Source: Candidatus Hadarchaeum sp.
GTDB lineage: Archaea > Hadarchaeota > Hadarchaeia > Hadarchaeales > Hadarchaeaceae
Direction: 5' to 3'
DNA length: 64,000 bases
Assembly (NCBI RefSeq): GCF_038871235.1
Contig: NZ_JAVZIN010000002.1
Coordinates: 64,001-128,000 of the forward strand
Made by a program: the position numbers and the translations under genes. Shown here one piece after another: positions 36,713-46,061 of the stretch. The number at the start of each line of letters is the position of its first letter. The first letter of the stretch is position 1. The notes beneath the pieces are model-generated. The model worked only from the letters and a program-made list of their open reading frames with translations, had not been told where the DNA came from and did no database searches.

Positions 36713-37102
36713 TTACACGCGCCGTCCGCGGCGTCCTCCTTTCTTACGACAGCCATCATGGGGGACCGGTGTGGCATCCTCTATGCGGCCTATCTTGAGT
36801 CCGGCTCTGGCGAGGGCCCTGATCGCTGCCTGCGCCCCTGGTCCTGGGCTTTTTGGACCGCTGCCCCCAGGCGCTCGAACCTTAATGTGAACTCCAACGA
36901 ACCCTTTCTCCATAGCTTCCTCTGCTGCACGAGTCGCCGCTTGCATGGCGGCATAAGGTGAAGATTCTTCCCTATCAGCCTTCACTATCATGCCACCAGA
37001 GTACCTAGCAACCGTTTCAGCTCCAGTCAAATCAGTTATGTGAATTATTGTGTTGTTAAAAGAGGAGTAGATGTGGGCTATGCCCCATTTTCCTTCCGTC
37101 AA
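36713..37102 (-). CDS. rps11: 30S ribosomal protein S11 (uS11)
   Basis: [18 protein letters not shown] and GGRRGRRV motifs. Confidence 0.98.
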   Translation of the reverse strand: MTEGKWGIAHIYSSFNNTIIHITDLTGAETVARYSGGMIVKADREESSPYAAMQAATRAAEEAMEKGFVGVHIKVRAPGGSGPKSPGPGAQAAIRALARAGLKIGRIEDATPVPHDGCRKKGGRRGRRV

Positions 37103-37686
37103 TTTTCTCCCTCCCCGGTCGGTTCGTTTGCCCCATTTCTCTCTGGTGCTGCTCCTGTCTCTTCAGGCGCCTTCACAGGCTCGGATGGCTCTGGACTTCC
37201 CACCTTGCTCCCGGCAAAGGTCTTACCAGATACATAACCAATTAGAGGTTCTTCCTTAACTGGAACAAGATAACTGGGAACGTTAACACATCTGCCAGCT
37301 ATGGCTATATGACCATGGACAATCAACTGCCTAGCTTGCAACATAGACTGCGCCAGCCCCTTTCTATGAACTATTGACTGAAGGCGTCTCTCCAGAATCT
37401 TGTCAACGGTCAGGCCCAAGACATCGTCCAGGGTGGCATTTTCACCAACTAGACCCAAACACTGTAATCTGCTGATAAGTTGTCTTGTCTCCCTCTCGGC
37501 TTGGGGCCCCGAAGCTGCTAAAAGATTTCTGGCCTGACTGCGGAAATTTCTCAATAAAGTCTGTGCCCGCCATATCTCTTCCTTTCTCCGCAATCCAAAC
37601 TTTGACAGCATTGCGTCTTCGGCATCCATGCGACTCTTTTCCCAGGGATGTGAGGGCCTGAGATACTTCTTTCTCTGGCGTTTCAT
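37099..37686 (-). CDS. rps4: 30S ribosomal protein S4 (uS4)
   Basis: LERRLQS and [10 protein letters not shown] motifs. Confidence 0.97.
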   Translation of the reverse strand: MKRQRKKYLRPSHPWEKSRMDAEDAMLSKFGLRRKEEIWRAQTLLRNFRSQARNLLAASGPQAERETRQLISRLQCLGLVGENATLDDVLGLTVDKILERRLQSIVHRKGLAQSMLQARQLIVHGHIAIAGRCVNVPSYLVPVKEEPLIGYVSGKTFAGSKVGSPEPSEPVKAPEETGAAPERNGANEPTGEGEN

Positions 37687-37701
37687 TTTGCATCACCGAG
37701 C

Positions 37702-38259
37702 TTAGGCTTTCTTAGCTCCTGCTTTTTCCGCTGGCGCGGCTTCGGCCTTTTCCTTCTTCGCTTTGGCTGGCTTGGCAGCTTCCTCCCGCATCCTAGCTTC
37801 CTTTCTCTTTACTCCTACTGTCAGACCTTTCCTACCGGTGGTTCTCGTACGCTGGCCCCGGACAGGTAAACCGAGCTCATGCCTTATTCCGCGCCGGCTA
37901 CGGATGCGACGCTCCCTACCTATATCTGAACGAACGGCCATGTCAAAATCCGGACCGATCAGGTGGATATCCTTGCCTGTATCATAATCCTTTCTTCTGT
38001 TTAGCATCCAACTGGGAAAACCGTACTGGGTGGGGTTCTTGATGATACTCTCCAGCTGCTCCACTTGGTCTTTGGTAAGATCACCAAGCTTCATCGACGG
38101 GTCAATGCCTGCCACTAGCGCTGCTGCTCTAGCATAGGCAAAGCTGACGCCCTTGATGTCGGTCAGCGCCAGCTGGACCTTTTTTTCGCCAGACAGGTCC
38201 TTCCCTGCCATCCGCACTATGTGCTTGAACTCAGGCATTTTTCCCACGCCTTTTGCCAT
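37702..38259 (-). CDS. rps13: 30S ribosomal protein S13 (uS13); start 38259 or 38238
   Basis: WMLNRRKD and GLPVRGQRTRT motifs. Confidence 0.97.
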   Translation of the reverse strand: MAKGVGKMPEFKHIVRMAGKDLSGEKKVQLALTDIKGVSFAYARAAALVAGIDPSMKLGDLTKDQVEQLESIIKNPTQYGFPSWMLNRRKDYDTGKDIHLIGPDFDMAVRSDIGRERRIRSRRGIRHELGLPVRGQRTRTTGRKGLTVGVKRKEARMREEAAKPAKAKKEKAEAAPAEKAGAKKA

Positions 38260-38359
38260 AGACCTTTCGCACAACTGCCTATTTAATTATTGATAACAGC
38301 AGTTTTTAGCTGTTCAGTTACTATAGTCAACTTTTGGTTAAAAGCCTTAGGTTTGGGTT

Positions 38360-38460
38360 TGGCGCCGGGGAGGGGATTTGAACCCCTGCGGCCCGTGAGG
38401 ACCACGAGCTATCCATCATCGGCTCCAGGCTCGCGCGTTACCTGGCTACGCTACCCCGGC
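38360..38460 (-). tRNA. tRNA-Ser(GGA) with a 12-nt intron (38411-38422), CCA encoded
   Basis: GCCGGGG acceptor, CGAGC/GCTCG stem around a 19-nt loop starting CTGGAG, long variable arm, GGTTCAAATCC. Confidence 0.92.
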
Positions 38461-38535
38461 ACCCAATGAAAATGTGTTTTTGGCTTTAAATGTCATTCAA
38501 CCACGTCTTCAATAATGGCAACAGATGGGGAGAAC

Positions 38536-39528
38536 TCATTTCCACTTTTTAGGATAGGTCCCGGGACTCATCACTATTCTTTCAGGTTTAGCCACAATTC
38601 CGTGATCGGTCTCGTAAATTTCCTTTGACCCCATCGTCGCGTGCGCCAGACCTATTAGTTCTCCTTTTAAGGTCAAAATAGCGACCAGATCTCCAGCCGA
38701 TATTCCTGTCTCCACTGAAATTACTCCTGGCGCTGCTAAACTGGCCCCATGACATATGGCGTCGACAGCTCCGTCCCGCACCACTATCTTCGGCAAATGC
38801 TGCACTGAAATTTCCACGGGCAATATCGCACTGCGTAAGGGCTCCTCCCGGCCCTCCTCCTGCCAGAACGCGTAGGCATCAGAAAGATCATGTAACTTAA
38901 TTGAATCCTTCTCCATGAAAGGACCTGTCCTAGTTCGTCTCAGCTCACTCATGTGTGCTCCGCATCCCAAAGCCTCCCCTATGTCTGACATCAGCTTACG
39001 CATATATGTCCCAGCTTCGCAGCCCACTCGCATAAGAACCTCCCTACCATCTCGCTCAAGAAGCTCAATATAATAGACATTTCTGACGCGAAGTTGCCGC
39101 TTAACCGCTGCTCGCATGGGTGGACGTTGATATATCTCTCCCTGAAAATCCAACAAAACCTGCTCTAGCCGGTGTTGCGGCACTTCATCATGAAGGTGCA
39201 TTACTCCCACGTATTCTTTCCCTGAAAGCAACAGCGTCCGAGTCACCTTAGTGGCATCCTCTAAAGCCACCGGTAGGACCCCGCTAACTCCTGGATCTAG
39301 AGTTCCACCGTGGCCTGCTCTCTGCAGATGGAGCAAGAGCTTGACCCAAGCCACGACCTCGTGGGAGGTAGGTCCCCTTGGCTTATCTAGATTAATCATG
39401 CCCAACCTGATGTGCTCCTGAATCGGCCTCTTGAACGGGTCACAACCGTACTCCGGATCGGTAGTGTCATGAGCCTTGACGAGTGTCTCACGTTTGATAT
39501 CTCCAAGCAACTTTCCCAAGTGGAACAC
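38536..39528 (-). CDS. cbf5: H/ACA pseudouridine synthase Cbf5/TruB
   Basis: DKPRGPTSHEV, GHGGTLDP, C-terminal PUA domain. Confidence 0.97.
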   Translation of the reverse strand: MFHLGKLLGDIKRETLVKAHDTTDPEYGCDPFKRPIQEHIRLGMINLDKPRGPTSHEVVAWVKLLLHLQRAGHGGTLDPGVSGVLPVALEDATKVTRTLLLSGKEYVGVMHLHDEVPQHRLEQVLLDFQGEIYQRPPMRAAVKRQLRVRNVYYIELLERDGREVLMRVGCEAGTYMRKLMSDIGEALGCGAHMSELRRTRTGPFMEKDSIKLHDLSDAYAFWQEEGREEPLRSAILPVEISVQHLPKIVVRDGAVDAICHGASLAAPGVISVETGISAGDLVAILTLKGELIGLAHATMGSKEIYETDHGIVAKPERIVMSPGTYPKKWK

Positions 39529-39762
39529 CTAAGATAACCCTGCCGCCTCCAAGGCCCGCTTTACCTCTTCGTCGGAGGCACCCTTTTGAATCTCAAGCTT
39601 TTTATCGGTGGGTTCAAGATGAGCAAGGTTACAACGCCTGCGCTTGACTCCCGCACCAGTCACCACGACAAAGGTATCGTCCAGCTTCTCCACGATCACG
39701 CAAAGCCTTCCAGCTTCGTGACCTGCAATCTTTACACAGACCCGTCCTACTTCCATCACCAC
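39529..39762 (-). CDS. rpl14e: 50S ribosomal protein L14e
   Basis: EVGRVCVKIAG and RRRCNLAHLEPT motifs. Confidence 0.95.
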   Translation of the reverse strand: MVMEVGRVCVKIAGHEAGRLCVIVEKLDDTFVVVTGAGVKRRRCNLAHLEPTDKKLEIQKGASDEEVKRALEAAGLS

Positions 39763-39764
39763 TT

Positions 39765-40304
39765 CTAACGCCTCCTCTTCATGACCGCCTCAATTGCCGC
39801 GGCAAGTATCTTGGTCGTCTCCGCGATCGACAACCTCTCCGTGTTCACCACGATGTCAAAAATTGAATAATCGTTAATATCAATGTTGTACAGTTTTTTA
39901 AATCTTTTTGCCTCACTTTTTTCCCTTTTGACCGTCTCATCGTAAACATCGCGATATCTTCGTCCTTCTCTTTGAGCAATCCTTTTCACCCTCACTTTTA
40001 TCGGGGCTGTGAGGAATATTTTGAGGTCCGCTTTTTTAGCCATCCACCCGGCCAACCTTGCATCTATCAGAACCTTGCCACCTCTTGCAGCATCGGCAAT
40101 CTTCCTGTCGATCATTTGGTCAATAGAAGGGTGACGCTCAGCATACCTCTGACCTTCTTTCAAGGTCATGCCCTTTTCCTTGATCAGCTCTCTGAAGATA
40201 TCTCCGGCGCAGAGATATCGCAGGCTTCGAAACCTCTTTGCCAGAGCTTTAGCCGTTGTTGATTTCCCGGCACCGTGTAGGCCGCTGATGGCAACGGCTA
40301 CCAT
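39765..40304 (-). CDS. cmk: Archaeal cytidylate kinase
   Basis: SGLHGAGKST, AGDIFR and ARLAGW motifs; conserved position. Confidence 0.93.
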   Translation of the reverse strand: MVAVAISGLHGAGKSTTAKALAKRFRSLRYLCAGDIFRELIKEKGMTLKEGQRYAERHPSIDQMIDRKIADAARGGKVLIDARLAGWMAKKADLKIFLTAPIKVRVKRIAQREGRRYRDVYDETVKREKSEAKRFKKLYNIDINDYSIFDIVVNTERLSIAETTKILAAAIEAVMKRRR

Positions 40305-40308
40305 ACTC

Positions 40309-40575
40309 TCAGGTCCTAGCTTTTTCTATCAGTGCTCTTCGGGAACAGGCAACACATAGATAACCGCCGAAGGCCCGGTTCGGCATCCTCAGACTGCGAG
40401 GAAGACTCCTCAGTATGCCCCCCTGTATCCTAGGTACGCCACTAAGTGGTCGGCCACAGGAAGCGCATTTTGCGGCGGCTTTTCTCTTCTCCCGGTAGTG
40501 TTTCGACACTCTTCCTCCTGGTGTGCGAACCTGTCTCTTTTTGTAGGTATTAGATCTGTGTCTCCGCGCGGGCAA
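40309..40575 (-). CDS. rpl34e: 50S ribosomal protein L34e
   Basis: VRTPGG, CASC and RAFGGYLC..C motifs. Confidence 0.95.
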   Translation of the reverse strand: MPARRHRSNTYKKRQVRTPGGRVSKHYREKRKAAAKCASCGRPLSGVPRIQGGILRSLPRSLRMPNRAFGGYLCVACSRRALIEKART

Positions 40576-41394
40576 CTAATCACCTATCATAATTTTTCTA
40601 AATATCTGGGAAAATCCGAGGTAGGTAATGAAATACCACCAACCCACCCCGAAAACGACCAGCGGGCCAATAAAGGGAAGGTCTATTCTGATAAACGGCA
40701 ACCAAGCCACCACCCATCCTTTAAAGTAACCGCTCAGCGTGATCCACAGGATAAAAAGCGGGATCATATAGATGATGGACGGCTTCAAGGTTTGCGACGT
40801 GTTCTGCATCATCAGCTTGTTTATCTCGGGCTGCTGCAATTGAAGTTTGTGCACCAGTTTCATGTCCCTCTTCTTCATCGCCTCACGGTATTCCTTCTGG
40901 AAAGCAGCTATTTTCTCTTTGTTCTGCTTCACCAACTCCCAGTTCACCATTTTCTTAGTTATTATATTCACAATAAATGATGCCACAACACTGATGCCCA
41001 GAATTATAAAGAGAGAATATTCAAAAATTGGCGACAGATGAACCCCCACCAGCGAAGCCGCTCTGGAGATATCTGATCGCAAAGAGAGGATATCGGTTTC
41101 AGTTGGTGTCTGAGAAACTGCTGCGAACTTGACCTTAATTTGCTCGTCAAGGGAGGAATCTGCTCCCGCCACGCTGGAGCTGAAACTAAACAGATAGCCC
41201 TCATAGGCCTGCGCAAGATGGCTTTTGGCCGAGTCGCTGTCGCCCCGGCGCAAGGATGCCGCTGAGGTGTCTAAGTTATTAATGATGCTGAAAAGATCGT
41301 CGCTATTTCCTTGCCCTTGGGCCCGAGCTAATCCTGAAAGAATTATAGCAGATGTCAGCACCAGAGCCAGCAGAATCGGCATCTTTCTTGGCAT
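40576..41394 (-). CDS. Oxa1-superfamily (EMC3/TMCO1/DUF106) membrane insertase with extra N-terminal secreted domain
   Basis: TM, cytoplasmic coiled coil, KP..Y.IP, C-terminal GWWYF...F.QIFRK; usual position after secY. Confidence 0.88.
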   Translation of the reverse strand: MPRKMPILLALVLTSAIILSGLARAQGQGNSDDLFSIINNLDTSAASLRRGDSDSAKSHLAQAYEGYLFSFSSSVAGADSSLDEQIKVKFAAVSQTPTETDILSLRSDISRAASLVGVHLSPIFEYSLFIILGISVVASFIVNIITKKMVNWELVKQNKEKIAAFQKEYREAMKKRDMKLVHKLQLQQPEINKLMMQNTSQTLKPSIIYMIPLFILWITLSGYFKGWVVAWLPFIRIDLPFIGPLVVFGVGWWYFITYLGFSQIFRKIMIGD

Positions 41395-41600
41395 AAATTC
41401 ACCTTAGCGCTGAGACTATATTATCCACTGCTTTTTAAACCCTTTATCAATATTCTGAAAACAAACCGAAGCCCTGAAACTGGTGGACAGAAAATCCCAA
41501 CATCGCAATCCGGCTGCTGGCGTTTCGATAGCCCAACTAGCTTGCTCAAACTATGCATAGTTGCCTCACTGACCAGTCTTTCTGCAACTCGATCGTGTTC

Positions 41601-43079
41601 TCACTCGCCAAAGAGTTTCCTAACGGCTGGGAACATTTCCGCCACTTGTTCTTTGGCTATCTCCTGATACAAGCTGTACATGATACCAACAGTCAACAGG
41701 ATGCCTGTCCCGCTACCTAGTGCGCCCAAAAAGTCCGCCCCGGCCGAGAGGAACCCTACAAAGGCACCACCGAGTAGAGCCGCGGTTATGATGTAACGAC
41801 TCAGTACCCACTCCATGACTCTCACATCACGCCTAAATCCTGGAATCAACATGCCGGACTCATCCAGTTGTCTCGCCACATCTCCTGGGCCCATCCCAGT
41901 CATGTGCACCCAGAGGTAAGCGAAGCCCATGCTGGCGAGAACTAATATCGCCATATAGATGACGGCCCGAATTGGATCGGCGGCTACTTGGGCCAGTCCA
42001 TTTGGGGCATCTGTGAAGTAGGAAAGCCACGGCGCATGAAGAAGGGCGGCAAATATCTTCAGATTGGCAAAAACCGTCATGGCCAAGATGACCGGAATAT
42101 TTGAAGTGTAGAGGAACCTTATCGGGTAGCGTCCCCTGACCCCGCCAAACCGACCGTATGCCAGCGGAATCTCTATTCTCATGCTTTCGGCATAAACTAC
42201 TATGAAAAATATAAGAATTGTCGCTATCAGTCCCATCATATTAGGCAAATGGGGTCTGAAGAACTCACTGATGACATCACCGCTGCTGAGTACCGTGCCT
42301 ATCAAATTAGGGATGACGCCGGTGGCTGGGTTTAGGGCCTCCCAGACCACCGTCATGGCAACACCGCCAGCTATAAACAAACTGACCCCGCTACCGAAGC
42401 CGTATTTTGAGACCACTTCATCCAGATAGATCACCACGATGGCCCCTAGGGTTAGTTGCAGAACAAGCAGAATTCCCGCTGGGCTCAACAACCCCACACT
42501 CTTGCCATAGTTACCTGCCAGTACCAGCATCGCGCCCTCAAAAACAGCCATAATGATTGCTAAAAATTTCTGAATCCCGGTGAAGAGGGCACGGTCTTCA
42601 CTCTCCGACAAATTTAAACCTATTATCTTGCTGCCCACCAAGAGCTGCATTACTATTCCCGCCGTAACAATTGGGCCAATACCTAACTCCATCAAACTGC
42701 CGGCATGACTTGCCAGAACGTATCTAAGCTGACCGAAGAAATTTTGGGCCCCGGCATCCCAGACGCCGTTATGATTCAAATCAGTATAAGGTTCTAAAGC
42801 GGTTTCACCAGGGTCCATCACCCCGTTACCATTGGCATCAATAAAGTCAAAGACTCCGTTACCGTTAGTGTCCACGAACGGCTCCCGCTGGGCTATGCCG
42901 TAGAGCGGAATCTGAGACATCAAGAAGAAAACAATCAGGGCCACTCCAGTCCAGATGAACCTCTCCTTAAAAGGAACCCTTCTTTTGGGAACTGCAACTT
43001 CGGGCAAACGACGAACAATTGAATCTAATGCATAAAGCTTCGAGCGCGGCTTCTCCATTTCCCCATCCATCGCTTTCAC
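41601..43079 (-). CDS. secY: Preprotein translocase SecY/Sec61alpha with insertion
   Basis: GSLMELGIGPIVTAGIVMQLL, GSGVSLFIA, YPIRFLYTSNIP and GTGILL motifs. Confidence 0.98.
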   Translation of the reverse strand: MKAMDGEMEKPRSKLYALDSIVRRLPEVAVPKRRVPFKERFIWTGVALIVFFLMSQIPLYGIAQREPFVDTNGNGVFDFIDANGNGVMDPGETALEPYTDLNHNGVWDAGAQNFFGQLRYVLASHAGSLMELGIGPIVTAGIVMQLLVGSKIIGLNLSESEDRALFTGIQKFLAIIMAVFEGAMLVLAGNYGKSVGLLSPAGILLVLQLTLGAIVVIYLDEVVSKYGFGSGVSLFIAGGVAMTVVWEALNPATGVIPNLIGTVLSSGDVISEFFRPHLPNMMGLIATILIFFIVVYAESMRIEIPLAYGRFGGVRGRYPIRFLYTSNIPVILAMTVFANLKIFAALLHAPWLSYFTDAPNGLAQVAADPIRAVIYMAILVLASMGFAYLWVHMTGMGPGDVARQLDESGMLIPGFRRDVRVMEWVLSRYIITAALLGGAFVGFLSAGADFLGALGSGTGILLTVGIMYSLYQEIAKEQVAEMFPAVRKLFGE

Positions 43080-43516
43080 CCAGCGATAGCCTTGCCACCA
43101 GCTTCCTCAAGCTTTCGTTTAGCCGATTCAACAAATGATTTTGCCACAACCTCAAGCGGACGAGTCACGCGGCCACCGCCTAGGACCTTGTCGACTCCGA
43201 GCTTGTTCAAATCCACCAGAAATCTATCCCCCTCCTTCTTGGCCACTCCCATCCCAACTAACCTATCCAAATTTTCGTCGATTTCACCGACGTTGATGGC
43301 GGTTACCCCCCGACGCACAGCCTCCGGTCGTGTGAAGCCGTGTTTGCCGAAATAATCAGGCATGTATCTAATGATGTACGACCACTTGTGTTTGTGTCCA
43401 CCGCTCATTCCCGTGCCGCCACGCTCGCCACTACCCCTTCCTCTCTTAGAGCATCCACGGCCATAGGTGCGCCTACCTCGCTGTTTTCTAACCTTTCTAC
43501 CCCTGCGAACGGTCAT
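43076..43516 (-). CDS. rpl15: 50S ribosomal protein L15 (uL15)
   Basis: RGRRTYG, YFGKHGF and KVLGGG motifs. Confidence 0.96.
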   Translation of the reverse strand: MTVRRGRKVRKQRGRRTYGRGCSKRGRGSGERGGTGMSGGHKHKWSYIIRYMPDYFGKHGFTRPEAVRRGVTAINVGEIDENLDRLVGMGVAKKEGDRFLVDLNKLGVDKVLGGGRVTRPLEVVAKSFVESAKRKLEEAGGKAIAG

Positions 43517-43521
43517 AGATC

Positions 43522-43986
43522 TCACATCATCCGCATAATCAACTCGTTAATCTTTTCACCGCGGTAGCCCAAATCTCCGAGGTCCCTCACCGGGCGTTTA
43601 GTCGATTTGTAACCCCCTGAAGGCGGGTGGAGTCTGAAAACCTTTTTGATGCCAATCTCATCCAATTTCACGCTACCGTTTGTAATCGCCGCCGCCAGAT
43701 CCGCCAAGCTCTGAAAGTTTAGTCTGTTCTTAATCACCTCATCGGTCAATTTCTTGTTGCCGATGAGCCTGCCTCTCTTTGCCAACAATTGTTCTACAAC
43801 ATCGGCTCTTACTTCACCCCACGTAACATAGTCCTTAACTTTTCTTACCATCCCTAAGATAGATTCATTATCATCAACTAGGACGCAATGATTGACCCGA
43901 GTCAGTCCCAACATCTTTAATGTATCCTTGACCTCCCGTCTAGCGTTGATATCGCTCCTGATCTTGATCACCGCAAGTTTAGCCAC
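43522..43986 (-). CDS. rpl30: 50S ribosomal protein L30 (uL30)
   Basis: KVKDYVTWGE, FRLHPP and GYRGEKINEL motifs. Confidence 0.96.
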   Translation of the reverse strand: MAKLAVIKIRSDINARREVKDTLKMLGLTRVNHCVLVDDNESILGMVRKVKDYVTWGEVRADVVEQLLAKRGRLIGNKKLTDEVIKNRLNFQSLADLAAAITNGSVKLDEIGIKKVFRLHPPSGGYKSTKRPVRDLGDLGYRGEKINELIMRMM

Positions 43987-44665
43987 TCACGACACCCGCC
44001 TTGCCTAGAACCACGCGCTCTCGGTATCGGTCGCTCATGACCACTTTGGTCGTTTGCTTCAAAGCCTCCATCACCGCCATTGAGAGATTGAGCGTCGTGC
44101 GTGTCTCCCCCTCGGTCCTCGTCCAAGCATCAAGTATTCCTGCCATGCGAAGAATGGTTTTTGGAATCTCAGCTGACGCCAGCCCGAGCCCACGCGGTGC
44201 CGGCTTTATAAAAACTTTGACGCTGCCGCTCTTCCCGGAAACTTCAAATGGAACGGAGTGACTTCGCCCGCAACCGCACTCCCAGCTACCACAGCCCCTA
44301 GCCACTTCAATGACATTTAACTTTGCCACGTTAACGGCTTTTTTAATGGAGGAACCTATGTCCCTAGCGCTGGCGTGACCAACTCCAACGATGCCATCCC
44401 TGTTCCCGACCACGGCCACTACCCTGTATTTCACCCTGCGACCTGACTTGTGCATTCTTTGAACCAGCGTAACTTCGAGAATCTCCTCTTGGATGTTCGG
44501 GACTAAGGCGTCAACTATTTCGCTTTCCTTGATCGGCTTTCCAGCCCGCAGTATCTGCGAAATATCGGTGATTTTTCCCTCCTTGACCTGTCTGCCCAAG
44601 CTGGTGCGCGGCTGCCAATGCTCGATGTTAAATTCCTCTGCTCTTTGTCTTCTCATCTTAACCAC
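43979..44665 (-). CDS. rps5: 30S ribosomal protein S5 (uS5)
   Basis: RGCGSWEC and PAPRGLGL motifs. Confidence 0.97.
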   Translation of the reverse strand: MVKMRRQRAEEFNIEHWQPRTSLGRQVKEGKITDISQILRAGKPIKESEIVDALVPNIQEEILEVTLVQRMHKSGRRVKYRVVAVVGNRDGIVGVGHASARDIGSSIKKAVNVAKLNVIEVARGCGSWECGCGRSHSVPFEVSGKSGSVKVFIKPAPRGLGLASAEIPKTILRMAGILDAWTRTEGETRTTLNLSMAVMEALKQTTKVVMSDRYRERVVLGKAGVVSG

Positions 44666-45254
44666 CGAACTGCCTGACTATCTCTTGCTTTACTGAATTA
44701 AAGTGATCAGGTATTTGTTCAGGAAGCAACCCCTTTGATAAATAACTTGAGAACCTCGCCATGTATGTTCTTTCATCCTCTTTTTTCAAACTCTCCGCAT
44801 ACGCCGATATATCTTCGCCGCTTATCCTTTCATCCGACGGTAAAATCTCTTCTTGATGTGGTATCTGCAGACCTGCGTCCAAGGCTCCCTTCAGCACGGC
44901 GAAAACTTTAGCACCCTTGGTGGGGTGTCTCATACCAATATCAAGTACCGCTTCCTTCACCCCAGCTTTTACGGCGCGATATCCGCAAAGTAAACCAACA
45001 AGGTAAGCTGCTGGTAGGTTGGATGTCCCGTCCTTCCAGCCAAACTTCTCCAGCTGTTTAGAATGAGCGGAGACCAAGACCAAATCTCCGGTGGGGGAAA
45101 ATTTCATAATCTGGGCTGAAATATGCCTCAGCGAAACTCTGACGACTAGCCTCAGCTTTCTGGACCTCAACAGCTTGAGCCTGTACCTGTAATCCGTCCT
45201 TCCCTCCCTCTTTCGCCTGAACTCAACCTTGAACCGTGGACCAGATGTCTTCAT
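44658..45254 (-). CDS. rpl18: 50S ribosomal protein L18 (uL18)
   Basis: RRKREGRTDY, NLPAAYLVG and KGALDAGL motifs. Confidence 0.97.
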   Translation of the reverse strand: MKTSGPRFKVEFRRKREGRTDYRYRLKLLRSRKLRLVVRVSLRHISAQIMKFSPTGDLVLVSAHSKQLEKFGWKDGTSNLPAAYLVGLLCGYRAVKAGVKEAVLDIGMRHPTKGAKVFAVLKGALDAGLQIPHQEEILPSDERISGEDISAYAESLKKEDERTYMARFSSYLSKGLLPEQIPDHFNSVKQEIVRQFGG

Positions 45255-45260
45255 TTTAAA

Positions 45261-45707
45261 TCACTTCAAGATACCTCTTTCCTTCAGGTAAAGATTCAAG
45301 TGCGCCTTGCTCCGGAAATAGCCGCCTTTTACCATCCTGTAGAGCTTCCGATATTCTCCGTGGTCAATCAAACCTTCCTTTCTCAGTTCCCTCAGCCTAA
45401 CCCGTAAAGGCCGAACCGTCTTTACCCAGTTGGCCTTTCTGGGCGCCCTCGCGCCGCTTGCACCCTTCCTTGACCCCATCCCGCGGCGTCTGCCTGCCCT
45501 GCGCTTTAACCTCCTCGTCCTCAGCCTGCCCCGGCTGATCCCCGTCTCTGGCTTTGCCCTGATAGCGCCCTGTTTGATAAGCCGTTTAATATCATCACGA
45601 GTGATGGCGGCAGAAACATCCGCTATGCGACTAGGATCTATCCAGACCCTGTTCACACCAACCTTGAGGATATCAGCTGCCAGTCTTTTCTTCATGTCCA
45701 GCTTCAT
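45261..45707 (-). CDS. rpl19e: 50S ribosomal protein L19e
   Basis: KRLAADIL.VG..RVWIDP and YRKLYRMVKGG motifs. Confidence 0.97.
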   Translation of the reverse strand: MKLDMKKRLAADILKVGVNRVWIDPSRIADVSAAITRDDIKRLIKQGAIRAKPETGISRGRLRTRRLKRRAGRRRGMGSRKGASGARAPRKANWVKTVRPLRVRLRELRKEGLIDHGEYRKLYRMVKGGYFRSKAHLNLYLKERGILK

Positions 45708-46056
45708 CCTTCCTCACCCCCAGATTAAGCACCTTTATCTTCAGCTCTTCAGCTCTTTTCAAGATCTGTTCCCTTTTTTTCCTTCCCACATTTGCAGCTA
45801 TTCTGATCGCCTGTCTGGCCGCGTCAATTTTCTCAAGATCGGATAAGTTCTTTACCAGCACCTCAGTAAAGCCAGAGGGATGAAGATCCCTAACTGTCTT
45901 AGGAACCCGATAACCAATAGAAACTAGGTGCCCCTTACCGCTAACCCTAAGGCGAAGCTTACTGTCCCGTCCTCTGGGCTTACGCCATTTCTCCCCAAGC
46001 CTCTTGAACCTGAACCATTCCTGACGTCTGAACTTTGGTAGTCGTTTCTTCTCCAT
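45673..46056 (-). CDS. rpl32e: 50S ribosomal protein L32e
   Basis: FRRQEW, WRKPRG.DSK and LHPSG motifs. Confidence 0.96.
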   Translation of the reverse strand: MEKKRLPKFRRQEWFRFKRLGEKWRKPRGRDSKLRLRVSGKGHLVSIGYRVPKTVRDLHPSGFTEVLVKNLSDLEKIDAARQAIRIAANVGRKKREQILKRAEELKIKVLNLGVRKDEAGHEEKTGS

Positions 46057-46061
46057 CGAAA

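Noticed and set aside
37099-37800. Low-complexity C-terminal tails on S4 and S13 (also on S3)
   Set aside because: Such charged tails are common in archaeal r-proteins.
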